In this document: piece by piece, positions 18,945 to 27,917 of the stretch | Layout of the letters: each line of letters starts with the position of its first letter | How positions within the stretch are numbered: position 1 is the first letter of the stretch | From: Patescibacteria group bacterium | GTDB taxonomy: Bacteria > Patescibacteriota > Minisyncoccia > Phycocordibacterales > Zambryskibacteraceae | Length of the DNA stretch: 35,405 nt | Reading direction: 5' to 3' | Assembly: GCA_038061835.1 (NCBI GenBank) | Contig: JBBTYJ010000017.1 | Coordinates: 12,442-47,846, forward strand | The notes under the pieces: model-generated | The model's input: only the letters and a program-made list of their open reading frames with translations | Databases searched by the model: none | Told to the model about the DNA's origin: nothing | Program-made: the position numbers and the translations under genes

Positions 18945-19034
18945 TACTTGTACCTCCTTAACCTACCAAAACGTTACTTCCTCTTATCATATTACTATAT
19001 GGACTGACAATTATCCAGCGTTATTGATACAGTA

Positions 19035-19277
19035 TTAAATCACCCCGGCTTTTTTGAGGACACTGTGGGCGCCATGTCTGTTTATGGTCTTGATAGCGCG
19101 CGTAGAGATAGTGAGAGTAATTGTCTTTTTGAGTTCGGGCACGTAAATGCGTTTTTTCTGAAGATTGGGATACTTGCGAACCATTCCCGTGGGGTTAAAT
19201 TGAGTCGCGCGAGTTCTGTTGGAGTATCCTCCGCCCTTTTTTGAACCCTTTTTACTTATGGGACAAATTCTTGCCAT
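19035..19277 (-). CDS. rpmB: 50S ribosomal protein L28
   Basis: MARICPISKK...RKYPNLQKKR...ISTRAIKTI. Confidence 0.9.
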   Translation of the reverse strand: MARICPISKKGSKKGGGYSNRTRATQFNPTGMVRKYPNLQKKRIYVPELKKTITLTISTRAIKTINRHGAHSVLKKAGVI

Positions 19278-19309
19278 GTGAGAGATAACTTACATGATAT
19301 AATCGATAA

Positions 19310-19927
19310 ATGCAAATAGATCTCGTATTTCAAATCGCGATTTTAATCATGTCCGTGGTCATTCACGAAGTGTCGCATGGTTACGCGGCAAGTTTCTTAG
19401 GCGATCAAACGGCAAGATATCAGGGTCGTCTGACGCTTAATCCTCTCAAGCATCTCGATTTTGTCGGTTCATTTTTGGTGCCAATTCTTCTTTATGTATC
19501 CAAAGTCGGCATAATTTTCGGCTGGGCGAAGCCGGTACCTTACAATCCTTACAATCTCAAATCCGGAAGATGGTCCGAAGTGATTGTGGCTTTCGCCGGA
19601 CCGGCTGCCAATCTTTCTCTTGCGATTTTGTTTGGTCTATTTTTGCGTATTGGCTCTGCAAACTTGGCTAGTCCCGCTTTTATTGAAATTGTATCTCTTA
19701 TAGTTTTTATCAATATTCTTCTGGCCGTTTTCAATCTTGTGCCCATACCTCCTCTTGATGGCTCTAAGTTGATCTTTGCCTTTTTTCCAGACAAATCCTA
19801 CCAAATAAGAGGATTTTTTGAGAGCTACGGTTTGATACTTGGTCTCTTTTTTATTTTCTTTCTATGGCAGTTTATCTTCCCGGTTATCACCTGGCTTTTT
19901 AGTCTGATTACCGGCATTGCATTTTAG
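19310..19927 (+). CDS. Site-2 protease, M50 family
   Basis: HEVSH, GRLTLNPL, AGPAAN, FNLVPIPPLDG. Confidence 0.92.
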   Translation: MQIDLVFQIAILIMSVVIHEVSHGYAASFLGDQTARYQGRLTLNPLKHLDFVGSFLVPILLYVSKVGIIFGWAKPVPYNPYNLKSGRWSEVIVAFAGPAANLSLAILFGLFLRIGSANLASPAFIEIVSLIVFINILLAVFNLVPIPPLDGSKLIFAFFPDKSYQIRGFFESYGLILGLFFIFFLWQFIFPVITWLFSLITGIAF

Positions 19928-20003
19928 CATTCACTTTAGTACAGTATTGGTCTCCCGTTGAGGGATTTTTTATCGCCTACGCTTTAGCTTCGACGAATCA
20001 AGT

Positions 20004-20414
20004 ATGTCCACAATTAATCAACTTATCAGACACAAAAGGAAAAAAATTACTCGCAAGACCAAGGCGATTGCTTTAACGCGCAGCTTCAACAACATCAAGA
20101 ATCGTCCGGTATTTTTAAATGCTCCATTCAAGCGGGGAGTAGCTATTAAAGTGACGACCAAAACTCCCAAAAAACCCAACTCCGCTATTAGGAAAATTGC
20201 CAGAGTTCGTCTAACTAATGGTATGGAAGTGACAGCTTATATCCCTGGTATTGGCCACAATCTTCAAGAGCACTCGGTAGTTTTACTTAGAGGCGGGCGT
20301 GTTAAGGATGTTGGCTTGCGTTACACTGTTGTGCGTGGAGTGCTTGATGCTACCGGCGTTGAAAATAGGAAACAGAGCAGAAGTCAGTACGGAGCAAAGA
20401 GACCGAAAAAATAG
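20004..20414 (+). CDS. rpsL: 30S ribosomal protein S12
   Basis: [24 protein letters not shown]. Confidence 0.97.
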   Translation: MSTINQLIRHKRKKITRKTKAIALTRSFNNIKNRPVFLNAPFKRGVAIKVTTKTPKKPNSAIRKIARVRLTNGMEVTAYIPGIGHNLQEHSVVLLRGGRVKDVGLRYTVVRGVLDATGVENRKQSRSQYGAKRPKK

Positions 20415-20431
20415 AATCAAGAATTAAGAAA

Positions 20432-20902
20432 ATGCGAAGAAAAATAAAAAATAAACCCAAAATCCAGCCTGACTACGCCTACGATTCAGAAAAGGTCACC
20501 AAATTTATCAATTATTGTATGGAGCGCGGCAAGAAGGCTACCGCGAGGAAAATTGTTTATGAGTCTCTCGAAGACATTAAGGAAAAAACTAAAAATCCGA
20601 ATCCTCTGGAGGTTTTTGAATCGGCTCTCAAGAACACCGGCCCCACCATGGAAGTTCGTTCCAGACGCGTCGGCGGAGCCAACTATCAGATTCCCAGAGA
20701 AGTGCGTCCGGAACGTCGCCAATTTCTCTCAATGAAATGGATTATTGATGCCGCGCGCGCCAAGAAAGGCAAACCTATGCATGAAAAACTGGCTGAAGAA
20801 ATTATTGCCGCTTCCAAAAACGAAGGTGATGCTGTCAAAAAACGCGAGAACACCCATAAGATGGCCGAAGCCAACAAGGCCTTCGCCCACTTTGCTTGGT
20901 AA
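20432..20902 (+). CDS. rpsG: 30S ribosomal protein S7
   Basis: EVRSRRVGGANYQIP, HKMAEANKAFAH. Confidence 0.97.
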   Translation: MRRKIKNKPKIQPDYAYDSEKVTKFINYCMERGKKATARKIVYESLEDIKEKTKNPNPLEVFESALKNTGPTMEVRSRRVGGANYQIPREVRPERRQFLSMKWIIDAARAKKGKPMHEKLAEEIIAASKNEGDAVKKRENTHKMAEANKAFAHFAW

Positions 20903-20907
20903 TTTTT

Positions 20908-23088
20908 ATGGAACGAGATTATCCTCTAGAACGAGTGCGTAATTTTGGAATTATTGCTCACATTGACGCCGGCAAGACCACCACTTCCGAGAGAGTACTT
21001 TTTTACACCGGTTCACAGCATAATATCGGTGAAGTTCATGAAGGAGACACCACCACTGACTGGATGGAACAAGAACGTGAGCGCGGTATTACAATCACTG
21101 CCGCAGCTATTACTTGTTTCTGGGCACCGACGTACTTGCCCGATGCCGAGAGACAGAAGAAAGAAAAAAAATTTCGTTTCAATATTATTGATACCCCCGG
21201 GCATATTGATTTTACCGTAGAAGTGAAACGTTCTCTGCGGGTTCTGGACGGCGCAGTAGTTGTGTTCGACGGTGTAGCTGGCGTCGAACCGCAATCCGAA
21301 ACCAACTGGCGTTATGCTGAAGAAGCTCAGGTGCCTCGTATTTGTTTTGTTAACAAACTGGATCGGACTGGCGCTTCATTTGAGCGCTCATACAAATCCA
21401 TTCTTGATCGGCTTTCGAAAAAGGCTGTTCGCATGCAAATTCCTATTGGCGAAGAGGCTAAACACGAAGGAGTCATAGATTTACTCAGAATGAAAGCTTA
21501 TTACTTCGAAGGCAATATGGGTAATTTAGTGGTGGAAAAGGACCTGACTACGCAGGCAGGAATTTCAGAAAATCTTCAAGTTAGTGCGAAGAAATATCGC
21601 GCTGAATTGGTGGAAAAAATTGCAGAAAGCGACGATACCTTGATTAACGATTATCTCGAAGGCAAAGAGATTGCTCTCGATGTATTGAAGTCCGCATTAC
21701 GCAAAGCAGTAATTGCCAATAAAATTTTCCCAGTTTTTGCCGGCTCAGCTCTCAAGAATAAGGGTGTCCAGCTTGTGCTTGACGCGGTTGTTGATCTTCT
21801 ACCATCACCTCTTGATATTCCCTCCACTAAGGGTATTGATCCAAGGACCGGAGAAGAAATAGAGCGTCATGCTTCAGACACGGAGCCTTTTTCGGCGCTT
21901 GCCTTTAAACTTCAGTCCGATCCGTTTGTCGGGCAGCTAACATTTTTCCGTGTTTACTCTGGCACGGTAGAATCAGGCACTTATTTATACAATGCTACCA
22001 CTGATGAGAAAGAACGCTTGGGCCGTATTGTGCGTCTCCAAGCAAATCAGAGAGAAGAAGTGAAAAAGGTTTTTGCCGGAGAAATAGCCGCCGCCGTTGG
22101 TCTTAAAAATGCCAAAACCTCGCACACTTTTTCGGACGAGTCGAATCCCATTGTGCTTGATCGGATTACTTTCCCTGAACCGGTTATTTCTCTCCGTATT
22201 GAGCCGAAGACCAAGGCTGACCAAGAGAAGATGGGCATGGCTCTCAAGCGTCTTTCAGATGAAGACCCGACTTTCAAAATTAAATCAGACCAAGAAACAG
22301 GCGAGACGGTTATCATGGGTATGGGTGAATTGCATTTAGAAATTATTGTCGATCGCATGAAGCGAGAATTTTCTGTCGAAGCCAATGTTGGTAAACCTCA
22401 AGTGGCATACAAAGAAACTATTACTGGCGAAGCAGAAGTGGAAAATAAATATATTAAACAGACTGGAGGCAAGGGTCAGTACGGACACGTCAAGATTAAA
22501 ATTAAGCCTCTTCCTAAATATGATCCGGACGAAAAGGTGCCAAGAAATGCTCATCGTGAGCCGGGATTTGAATTTATCGATGCTATTAAAGGAGGAGTAA
22601 TCCCGCAAGAATTTATTCCGGCCGTGGAGAAGGGGATTAAGGAAGCAATGGATAGAGGTATTGTTGCCGGATATAAGATGACTGATATTTCTGCCGAACT
22701 GAATTATGGTTCGTATCACGATGTTGACTCTTCAGAGATTGCTTACAAAATTGCCGCCTCACAGGCATTTCAAGAAGCGGCCAAACGCGCCAAACCAGTA
22801 ATTCTCGAACCTATTATGAAAGTTGAAGTAGTTATTCCAGAAAAGTTCATGGGTGATATTACCGGTAATCTCTCTGGCAAACGCGGGCAGATTGAAGCGA
22901 TGGAAGACCGTGATGCTCTCAAGGTGATACGAGCCAAGGTTCCCTTATCTGAAATGTTTGGATACGTTACTTCTCTCCGCTCTATGACCGAAGGTCGCGG
23001 CTCTTCCACTATGGAATTCGACCACTATGCCATCGTGCCGACTAATGTCGCTCAAGGTATCATCGAAGCTCGTACAGGAGGGAAGTAG
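20908..23088 (+). CDS. fusA: Elongation factor G
   Basis: AHIDAGKTT, ERGITI, DTPGH, NKLD, GMGELHLE; start ATG 20908. Confidence 0.98.
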   Translation: MERDYPLERVRNFGIIAHIDAGKTTTSERVLFYTGSQHNIGEVHEGDTTTDWMEQERERGITITAAAITCFWAPTYLPDAERQKKEKKFRFNIIDTPGHIDFTVEVKRSLRVLDGAVVVFDGVAGVEPQSETNWRYAEEAQVPRICFVNKLDRTGASFERSYKSILDRLSKKAVRMQIPIGEEAKHEGVIDLLRMKAYYFEGNMGNLVVEKDLTTQAGISENLQVSAKKYRAELVEKIAESDDTLINDYLEGKEIALDVLKSALRKAVIANKIFPVFAGSALKNKGVQLVLDAVVDLLPSPLDIPSTKGIDPRTGEEIERHASDTEPFSALAFKLQSDPFVGQLTFFRVYSGTVESGTYLYNATTDEKERLGRIVRLQANQREEVKKVFAGEIAAAVGLKNAKTSHTFSDESNPIVLDRITFPEPVISLRIEPKTKADQEKMGMALKRLSDEDPTFKIKSDQETGETVIMGMGELHLEIIVDRMKREFSVEANVGKPQVAYKETITGEAEVENKYIKQTGGKGQYGHVKIKIKPLPKYDPDEKVPRNAHREPGFEFIDAIKGGVIPQEFIPAVEKGIKEAMDRGIVAGYKMTDISAELNYGSYHDVDSSEIAYKIAASQAFQEAAKRAKPVILEPIMKVEVVIPEKFMGDITGNLSGKRGQIEAMEDRDALKVIRAKVPLSEMFGYVTSLRSMTEGRGSSTMEFDHYAIVPTNVAQGIIEARTGGK

Positions 23089-23132
23089 CAGAAGGGTTGG
23101 AAAATCATGGTACTCTCGTATATAATACCCCC

Positions 23133-23339
23133 ATGAGTAATTTAGCTATAAAAATTGGTCCGAGTTCTAAAGGCAAGAAATTGCTGGTGGAAATCGATGC
23201 CAACAAATTAGAACGTTTAGCTTCAAATCTAGGCCTCTTTAGTCCAAACTTTATTAAAAGTATTGAAGTAGCAGAACGCGATTTCCGCGCCGGTAGAACT
23301 AGAACTCTTACTTCTCTACGAAAATTGAGGTTGACTTAA
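23133..23339 (+). CDS. Putative antitoxin of a type II TA pair
   Basis: Small gene directly upstream of a RelE-like toxin; C-terminal SIEVAERDFRAGRT; TATAAT at 23121-23126. Confidence 0.65.
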   Translation: MSNLAIKIGPSSKGKKLLVEIDANKLERLASNLGLFSPNFIKSIEVAERDFRAGRTRTLTSLRKLRLT

Positions 23340-23344
23340 GTTTG

Positions 23345-23614
23345 ATGAGGGTAATTGTTACAGCCGAGTTCGAGAAAAGATATAAAGATTTGACGATTTC
23401 AATTCAGAAAAAATCAGAAAAACAAGAAAAAATTTTTCGTAGCAATCCATTTCATCCATCTCTTCATACTGAAAAATTAGAACCAAGAAACAAGGAGCTT
23501 TGGAGCATTCGCGTTGATAAAAGTTATCGCATCATTTTCAGATTCATTAATGGCAACACGGTTTTGTTTCTGACTATTGGTCCTCACGATTGGATATATA
23601 AGTTAAAGTTCTAA
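23345..23614 (+). CDS. RelE/ParE-superfamily toxin
   Basis: FEKRYK, NPFHPSLHTEKL, WSIRVDKSYRIIF, IGPHD. Confidence 0.85.
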   Translation: MRVIVTAEFEKRYKDLTISIQKKSEKQEKIFRSNPFHPSLHTEKLEPRNKELWSIRVDKSYRIIFRFINGNTVLFLTIGPHDWIYKLKF

Positions 23615-23620
23615 TTTTTA

Positions 23621-23722
23621 ACCGAAGATCGCGGTTCTTCCACTATGGAATTCGACCACTACGCCATCGTGCCGACTAATGTCGCCCAAGGCATCATCGA
23701 AGCTCGTACGGGTTCCAAATAA
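23621..23722 (+). repeat. Orphan duplicate of the fusA 3' end (copy of 22987-23088)
   Basis: 90/102 identical, mostly third-position changes; ends with its own stop. Confidence 0.95.
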
Positions 23723-23730
23723 TACAAAAG

Positions 23731-24435
23731 CTAGATCCTTGTAAGCTGTTCTAAACATGAGATAAGAATCTCTGGATTTTCAAGAGATTCAATTGCAGCA
23801 TCGGCACCCGCATCCAAGAGCTCTTTAACAGAGTAATTCCCGGCACCGATTCCAATTGCGGGAAGATTAGCTTCATGCGCGGCGTGTACATCTCTTGGAG
23901 AGTCGCCTATGATTATCAGTTTCGGTTTTACACCTGAAGGAAAATATTCAGGCACTTTTTCTTTAGCCAATTCAGACAATTCTGTTCTTCTTTCTACTTG
24001 ATCACCAAATAATCCGAAATTGCAATAAGAATCAAGTCTTGCTGCCTTGAGTTTGTAATGAGATATTTTTTCTGTGTTTCCAGTCAAGATGCCTATTAGG
24101 TAATTGTTCTGGACAAGATATTGGAGAGCTTTTTCGGCACCAGACATTGGTTCATATAAGAGCTTATTAACACCGTCGGCAAAGAAATGATTCTCCATCT
24201 CACGCAAATAGGCCTCTCTTTTTTGTTTAGTAATATCGATGTTATCGTGTCCATGATATTTCAGGAGTTCCGTCATAATCTCTGGGTCAATCATGCCATG
24301 TGTAGAAAAATTATCCGCAGAGACTTCTATCCCGAAAACTTTCTTTATGGCGTGTTCAAAAGACTTACCTCTAGTGCCCCTGTTATTTATTAGCGTCTGA
24401 TCAATATCAAATAAGGGTACTGTGGTTTTATACAT
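23731..24435 (-). CDS. HAD-superfamily hydrolase (phosphoglycolate phosphatase-like)
   Basis: LFDIDQTL, LTGN, IIGDSPRD; start placed at MYKTT. Confidence 0.88.
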   Translation of the reverse strand: MYKTTVPLFDIDQTLINNRGTRGKSFEHAIKKVFGIEVSADNFSTHGMIDPEIMTELLKYHGHDNIDITKQKREAYLREMENHFFADGVNKLLYEPMSGAEKALQYLVQNNYLIGILTGNTEKISHYKLKAARLDSYCNFGLFGDQVERRTELSELAKEKVPEYFPSGVKPKLIIIGDSPRDVHAAHEANLPAIGIGAGNYSVKELLDAGADAAIESLENPEILISCLEQLTRI

Positions 24436-24608
24436 TTGTAATAATCCTATAGTAAAACGATTGGCACACAATGTAGCATATTATTCAAGAATTACAACCC
24501 CAGTGGTGCCATAAGTAGTGGACGGATACAGACAGTTGACAGAGTATCTTTTAAGGTATATAATTAAGGTAGAAATTAAAGGTTAAGAGAAGAAGGAGGA
24601 GGTGATAT

Positions 24609-24839
24609 ATGTTCAGATATATGTTCAATGAATTCAGGTTTAGCCAGGAGACCTGGTTCATCATTGCCTTATGCTCAATGTCGTGGGGTATGGGGTTGTG
24701 CTTTTGGGGGTTGCTACTTATGGGAACGCCTGGCAACACAACACCCTTGTTGAGTTGGTGTCTGGTGGGTGTGGGCGCCATTAGTTTGTGTCTCACTTAC
24801 TATTGTTGGAAGAGGACAGGGAATTCGAACCTCGTTTGA
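24609..24839 (+). CDS. Small two-TM hypothetical protein
   Basis: Strong SD AGGAGGAGGTGA upstream, two hydrophobic segments, hairpin downstream. Confidence 0.6.
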   Translation: MFRYMFNEFRFSQETWFIIALCSMSWGMGLCFWGLLLMGTPGNTTPLLSWCLVGVGAISLCLTYYCWKRTGNSNLV

Positions 24840-24871
24840 CAGACGAACCGAAGAGCGTGTTGACGAAGATG

Positions 24872-24907
24872 GGGCTGCGATTTCCTCCGGGAAATCGTAG
24901 CCCTTTA
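24872..24907 (+). terminator. Hairpin terminator
   Basis: GGGCTGCGATTTCC-TCCG-GGAAATCGTAGCCC followed by TTT. Confidence 0.6.
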
Positions 24908-25087
24908 CATTTTATGTGGTTTTATATACTATGCCTCTTACGCGTTATACGCCGTTCTGGCTTGATCTTTGAGATTTTCTCAATAGGGTTAGCTAAGCGG
25001 CTTAGTATTGCGTTTCAAAAAACTTATTAACCCGCCTGCCGTGTCGGGCAGGACTTAGCAACTTATCTAACTTATAAATTAATTATT

Positions 25088-26281
25088 ATGGCAGCAGAAT
25101 TTGATCGTTCCAAACCACACATCAACGTAGGTACTATCGGTCACGTTGACCACGGTAAGACAACTCTCACCGCCGCAATTTTGAATGTGCTTCATCGCGC
25201 AGGCAAGAAAGCGACAGTCAAAAATGTCGACCAAATCGACAATTCTCCGGAAGAAAAAGCTCGAGGCATTACCATTGCTCTCTCTCATTCTGAATACGAA
25301 ACTGACGCGCGTCACTACGCGCACGTCGATGCGCCCGGACATGCCGACTATATCAAAAACATGATTACTGGCGCTGCTCAAATGGACGGCGCTATTCTCG
25401 TAGTAGCGGCCAATGACGGCGTAATGCCTCAAACTCGCGAACACATTCTTCTTGCCAAGCAAGTCGGTGTGCCCAAGATTGTTGTTTTTCTTAATAAATG
25501 CGACATGGTTCCCGACAAAGAACTCATCGATCTTGTTGAAGAAGAAGTTCGGGATCTTCTCAAGAAATATGAATTTGACGGCGCCAATGCCCCTGTAATC
25601 AGAGGTTCAGCTCTCAAGGCTCTCGAGGCATTGGGTGTAGATGATGAATGGTCCAAGCAAGTTCTGGCTCTCACAGACGCTCTTGATACTTACTTCCCAA
25701 TTCCTGTTCGCGAAACCGATAAACCGTTTCTCATGCCTATCGAAGACATCTTCTCAATTGAAGGTCGCGGTACGGTAGTTACCGGTCGTATAGAAAGAGG
25801 TAAGGTCAAACTAAGTGAGGAAGTCGAAATTGTAGGCATCAAAGATACTTCCAAAACGACTGTTACTGGTATAGAGATGTTTAACAAATCTCTTCAAGAA
25901 GGTATAGCCGGAGACAATGCTGGTCTTCTTCTCCGTGGTGTCAAAAAAGAGGATCTTCACAGAGGTCAAGTTTTGGCAAAGCCGGGTTCTGTCACCCCTC
26001 ACACCAACTTCACTGCGGAGGTTTACATCCTCAAGAAGGAAGAGGGTGGCCGACATACCCCATTTTTCACTGGCTACAAACCGCAGTTCTATATTCGCAC
26101 GACTGACGTCACAGGTGAGGTAACTTTGGCCGAGGGCGTAGAGATGGTGATGCCAGGTGATACTACAACCTTTACGGTCAAGTTGGTGGCCCCGGTTGCT
26201 CTCGAGAATGAACAGCGTTTTGCTATCCGAGAGGGTGGCAAAACCGTCGGAGCCGGTGTTGTTACTAAAGTTATAGCGTAA
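25088..26281 (+). CDS. tuf: Elongation factor Tu
   Basis: [36 protein letters not shown]. Confidence 0.98.
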   Translation: MAAEFDRSKPHINVGTIGHVDHGKTTLTAAILNVLHRAGKKATVKNVDQIDNSPEEKARGITIALSHSEYETDARHYAHVDAPGHADYIKNMITGAAQMDGAILVVAANDGVMPQTREHILLAKQVGVPKIVVFLNKCDMVPDKELIDLVEEEVRDLLKKYEFDGANAPVIRGSALKALEALGVDDEWSKQVLALTDALDTYFPIPVRETDKPFLMPIEDIFSIEGRGTVVTGRIERGKVKLSEEVEIVGIKDTSKTTVTGIEMFNKSLQEGIAGDNAGLLLRGVKKEDLHRGQVLAKPGSVTPHTNFTAEVYILKKEEGGRHTPFFTGYKPQFYIRTTDVTGEVTLAEGVEMVMPGDTTTFTVKLVAPVALENEQRFAIREGGKTVGAGVVTKVIA

Positions 26282-26290
26282 TAAATTAAA

Positions 26291-26716
26291 GTGCCTAAAG
26301 CACCTGCAAAAAAGAAACCAACTGTCAAAAAGTCGGTTAAAAAAGAGAGGGTTTCCAAACCCAAAACTCCGGGTCTCAACGAACCCAAGCGAGCTAAGGT
26401 TGAGGAAGTAACTTCCCGATTGCGTATTCGGGTCAGGGCTTACGAGTCCAAGATCTTGGACATGTCGGTGAAACAGATCATAGACACTGCGCTTCGCTAT
26501 GATGCTAAAATACAGGGTCCGATTCCTCTGCCAACAGAAATAAAAAAGTACACTGTCAATCGTGCCGCGTTTATCTACAAAAATGCGCGAGAACAATTCG
26601 AGATGCGAGTTCACAAACGATTAATTGACATCTTGAATCCAACTCCTAAGATTATCGAATCACTGACCAATTTGAGTTTACCAAGCGGGGTGAATATCGA
26701 TGTGAAATTAATCTAA
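26291..26716 (+). CDS. rpsJ: 30S ribosomal protein S10 with Lys-rich N-terminal extension
   Basis: LRIRVRAY, GPIPLPT, REQFEMRVHKRLIDI. Confidence 0.93.
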   Translation: MPKAPAKKKPTVKKSVKKERVSKPKTPGLNEPKRAKVEEVTSRLRIRVRAYESKILDMSVKQIIDTALRYDAKIQGPIPLPTEIKKYTVNRAAFIYKNAREQFEMRVHKRLIDILNPTPKIIESLTNLSLPSGVNIDVKLI

Positions 26717-26740
26717 TTCTTCGGTCAAGATAAGGATAAA

Positions 26741-27229
26741 ATGAACAAGATTATTGCCAAAAAAGTGAATATGACCCAAATTTTCTCAGAAGCAGGGGAA
26801 GTTTTTCCCGTAACACTTGTTGTGGAGGATAGCAAAGGTCTCGCGAAAAAAGGTCAGACCTTAAATACGAATTCTAAAGGTCTGACCTTGGGGAGCGAAA
26901 CCTTGGAACTCAAAGAGGGAGATATCGTCACTGTCTCCGGCGTCTCGAAAGGTAAGGGATTTCAAGGGGTGGTCAAGAGACATAAATTTCAAGGCGGTCG
27001 TCGCACCCATGGTCAAAAGCATTCTGAACGCGAGGCGGGTTCGATCGGTGGTGGAGGTCGAGCAGGTGGGCGAGTTGTCAAAGGGATGCGTATGGCAGGT
27101 CGAATGGGTGGTGAACGAGTAACTGTCAAGAATCTCAAAATTATAAAAATATTGCCGGAAACCAAAGAAATCTTTATTGGTGGAGCAATACCGGGACGTC
27201 GGGGTAGCAAGGTTGAAATCAGGACATAA
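26741..27229 (+). CDS. rplC: 50S ribosomal protein L3 (internally shortened)
   Basis: KKVNMTQIF, SKGKGFQGVVKRH, MAGRMG, GAIPG. Confidence 0.93.
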   Translation: MNKIIAKKVNMTQIFSEAGEVFPVTLVVEDSKGLAKKGQTLNTNSKGLTLGSETLELKEGDIVTVSGVSKGKGFQGVVKRHKFQGGRRTHGQKHSEREAGSIGGGGRAGGRVVKGMRMAGRMGGERVTVKNLKIIKILPETKEIFIGGAIPGRRGSKVEIRT

Positions 27230-27245
27230 TGATTGATTAGCAAAT

Positions 27246-27917
27246 ATGGAATCACCGGTCTACAACATGGAAGGAAAGAAAACTGGGGACATAACTTTAC
27301 CCAAAAGTGTTTTTGATGTCCGTTGGAATGCTGACTTGGTCAAACAGGTTGCGGACTCGCTCCTTTTGGCTAAGCGCAAGAATGTGGCACACACTAAAGA
27401 CAGAAGCGAAGTGCGTGGTGGCGGTAAGAAACCATGGCAACAGAAAGGTACCGGCCGCGCCAGACATGGTTCCATCCGTTCTCCCCTTTGGGTGGGTGGC
27501 GGGGTGACTGGTGGACCAAGAAATGAAAAAAATTTTTACCGTAAGGTTTCAAAGAAGATGCGAATCAAGGCGCTATATACCATTCTTTCTCAAAAAATAA
27601 GAGATAAAGAAATCCTTTTTGTAGATTCGATCACGCTTTCTGAACCAAAGACGAAGATTGCCGTAAAGACGCTCAAGTCTCTCTCTCTAATCAAAGGAGT
27701 GGGCGACATGTTTGCTAAGAGAAATAATGCGATGGTTATTGCGCTGTTTTCCAAGAGGAAAGAGACTGAGCGCGCCTTTGATAATCTAGGTAATGTGCAA
27801 GTGCTGGAGGCCAGAAATCTCGATCCTCTTTCACTTCTAGAGTATAAATATCTTGTCATAGAAAATCCCCAGAAATCGCTTGGTGTATTGCCGGGTGTGA
27901 GTAAAACAAAATCATGA
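27246..27917 (+). CDS. rplD: 50S ribosomal protein L4
   Basis: TKDRSEVRGGGKKPWQQKGTGRARHGSIRSP. Confidence 0.96.
   Translation: MESPVYNMEGKKTGDITLPKSVFDVRWNADLVKQVADSLLLAKRKNVAHTKDRSEVRGGGKKPWQQKGTGRARHGSIRSPLWVGGGVTGGPRNEKNFYRKVSKKMRIKALYTILSQKIRDKEILFVDSITLSEPKTKIAVKTLKSLSLIKGVGDMFAKRNNAMVIALFSKRKETERAFDNLGNVQVLEARNLDPLSLLEYKYLVIENPQKSLGVLPGVSKTKS

Noticed and set aside
17978-19068. Integron cassette or XerCD/dif module interpretation
   Set aside because: No intI gene, no attC RYYYAAC...GTTRRRY ends, and the sites do not fit the 11-6-11 dif layout.
19973-19996. Imperfect hairpin TCGCCTACGCTTTAGCTTCGACGA before rpsL
   Set aside because: Single copy in the window with weak pairing; cannot be supported as a repeat here.
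24481-24493. 13-mer ttattcaagaatt also present at 29557-29569
   Set aside because: Short and AT-rich with no consistent position relative to cassette ends; may be chance.
25811-26614. 267-aa minus-strand ORF and the many other antisense or overlapping ORFs in the track
   Set aside because: They are shadows of well-conserved genes such as tuf, rpsJ, fusA and pilB, with no motifs.
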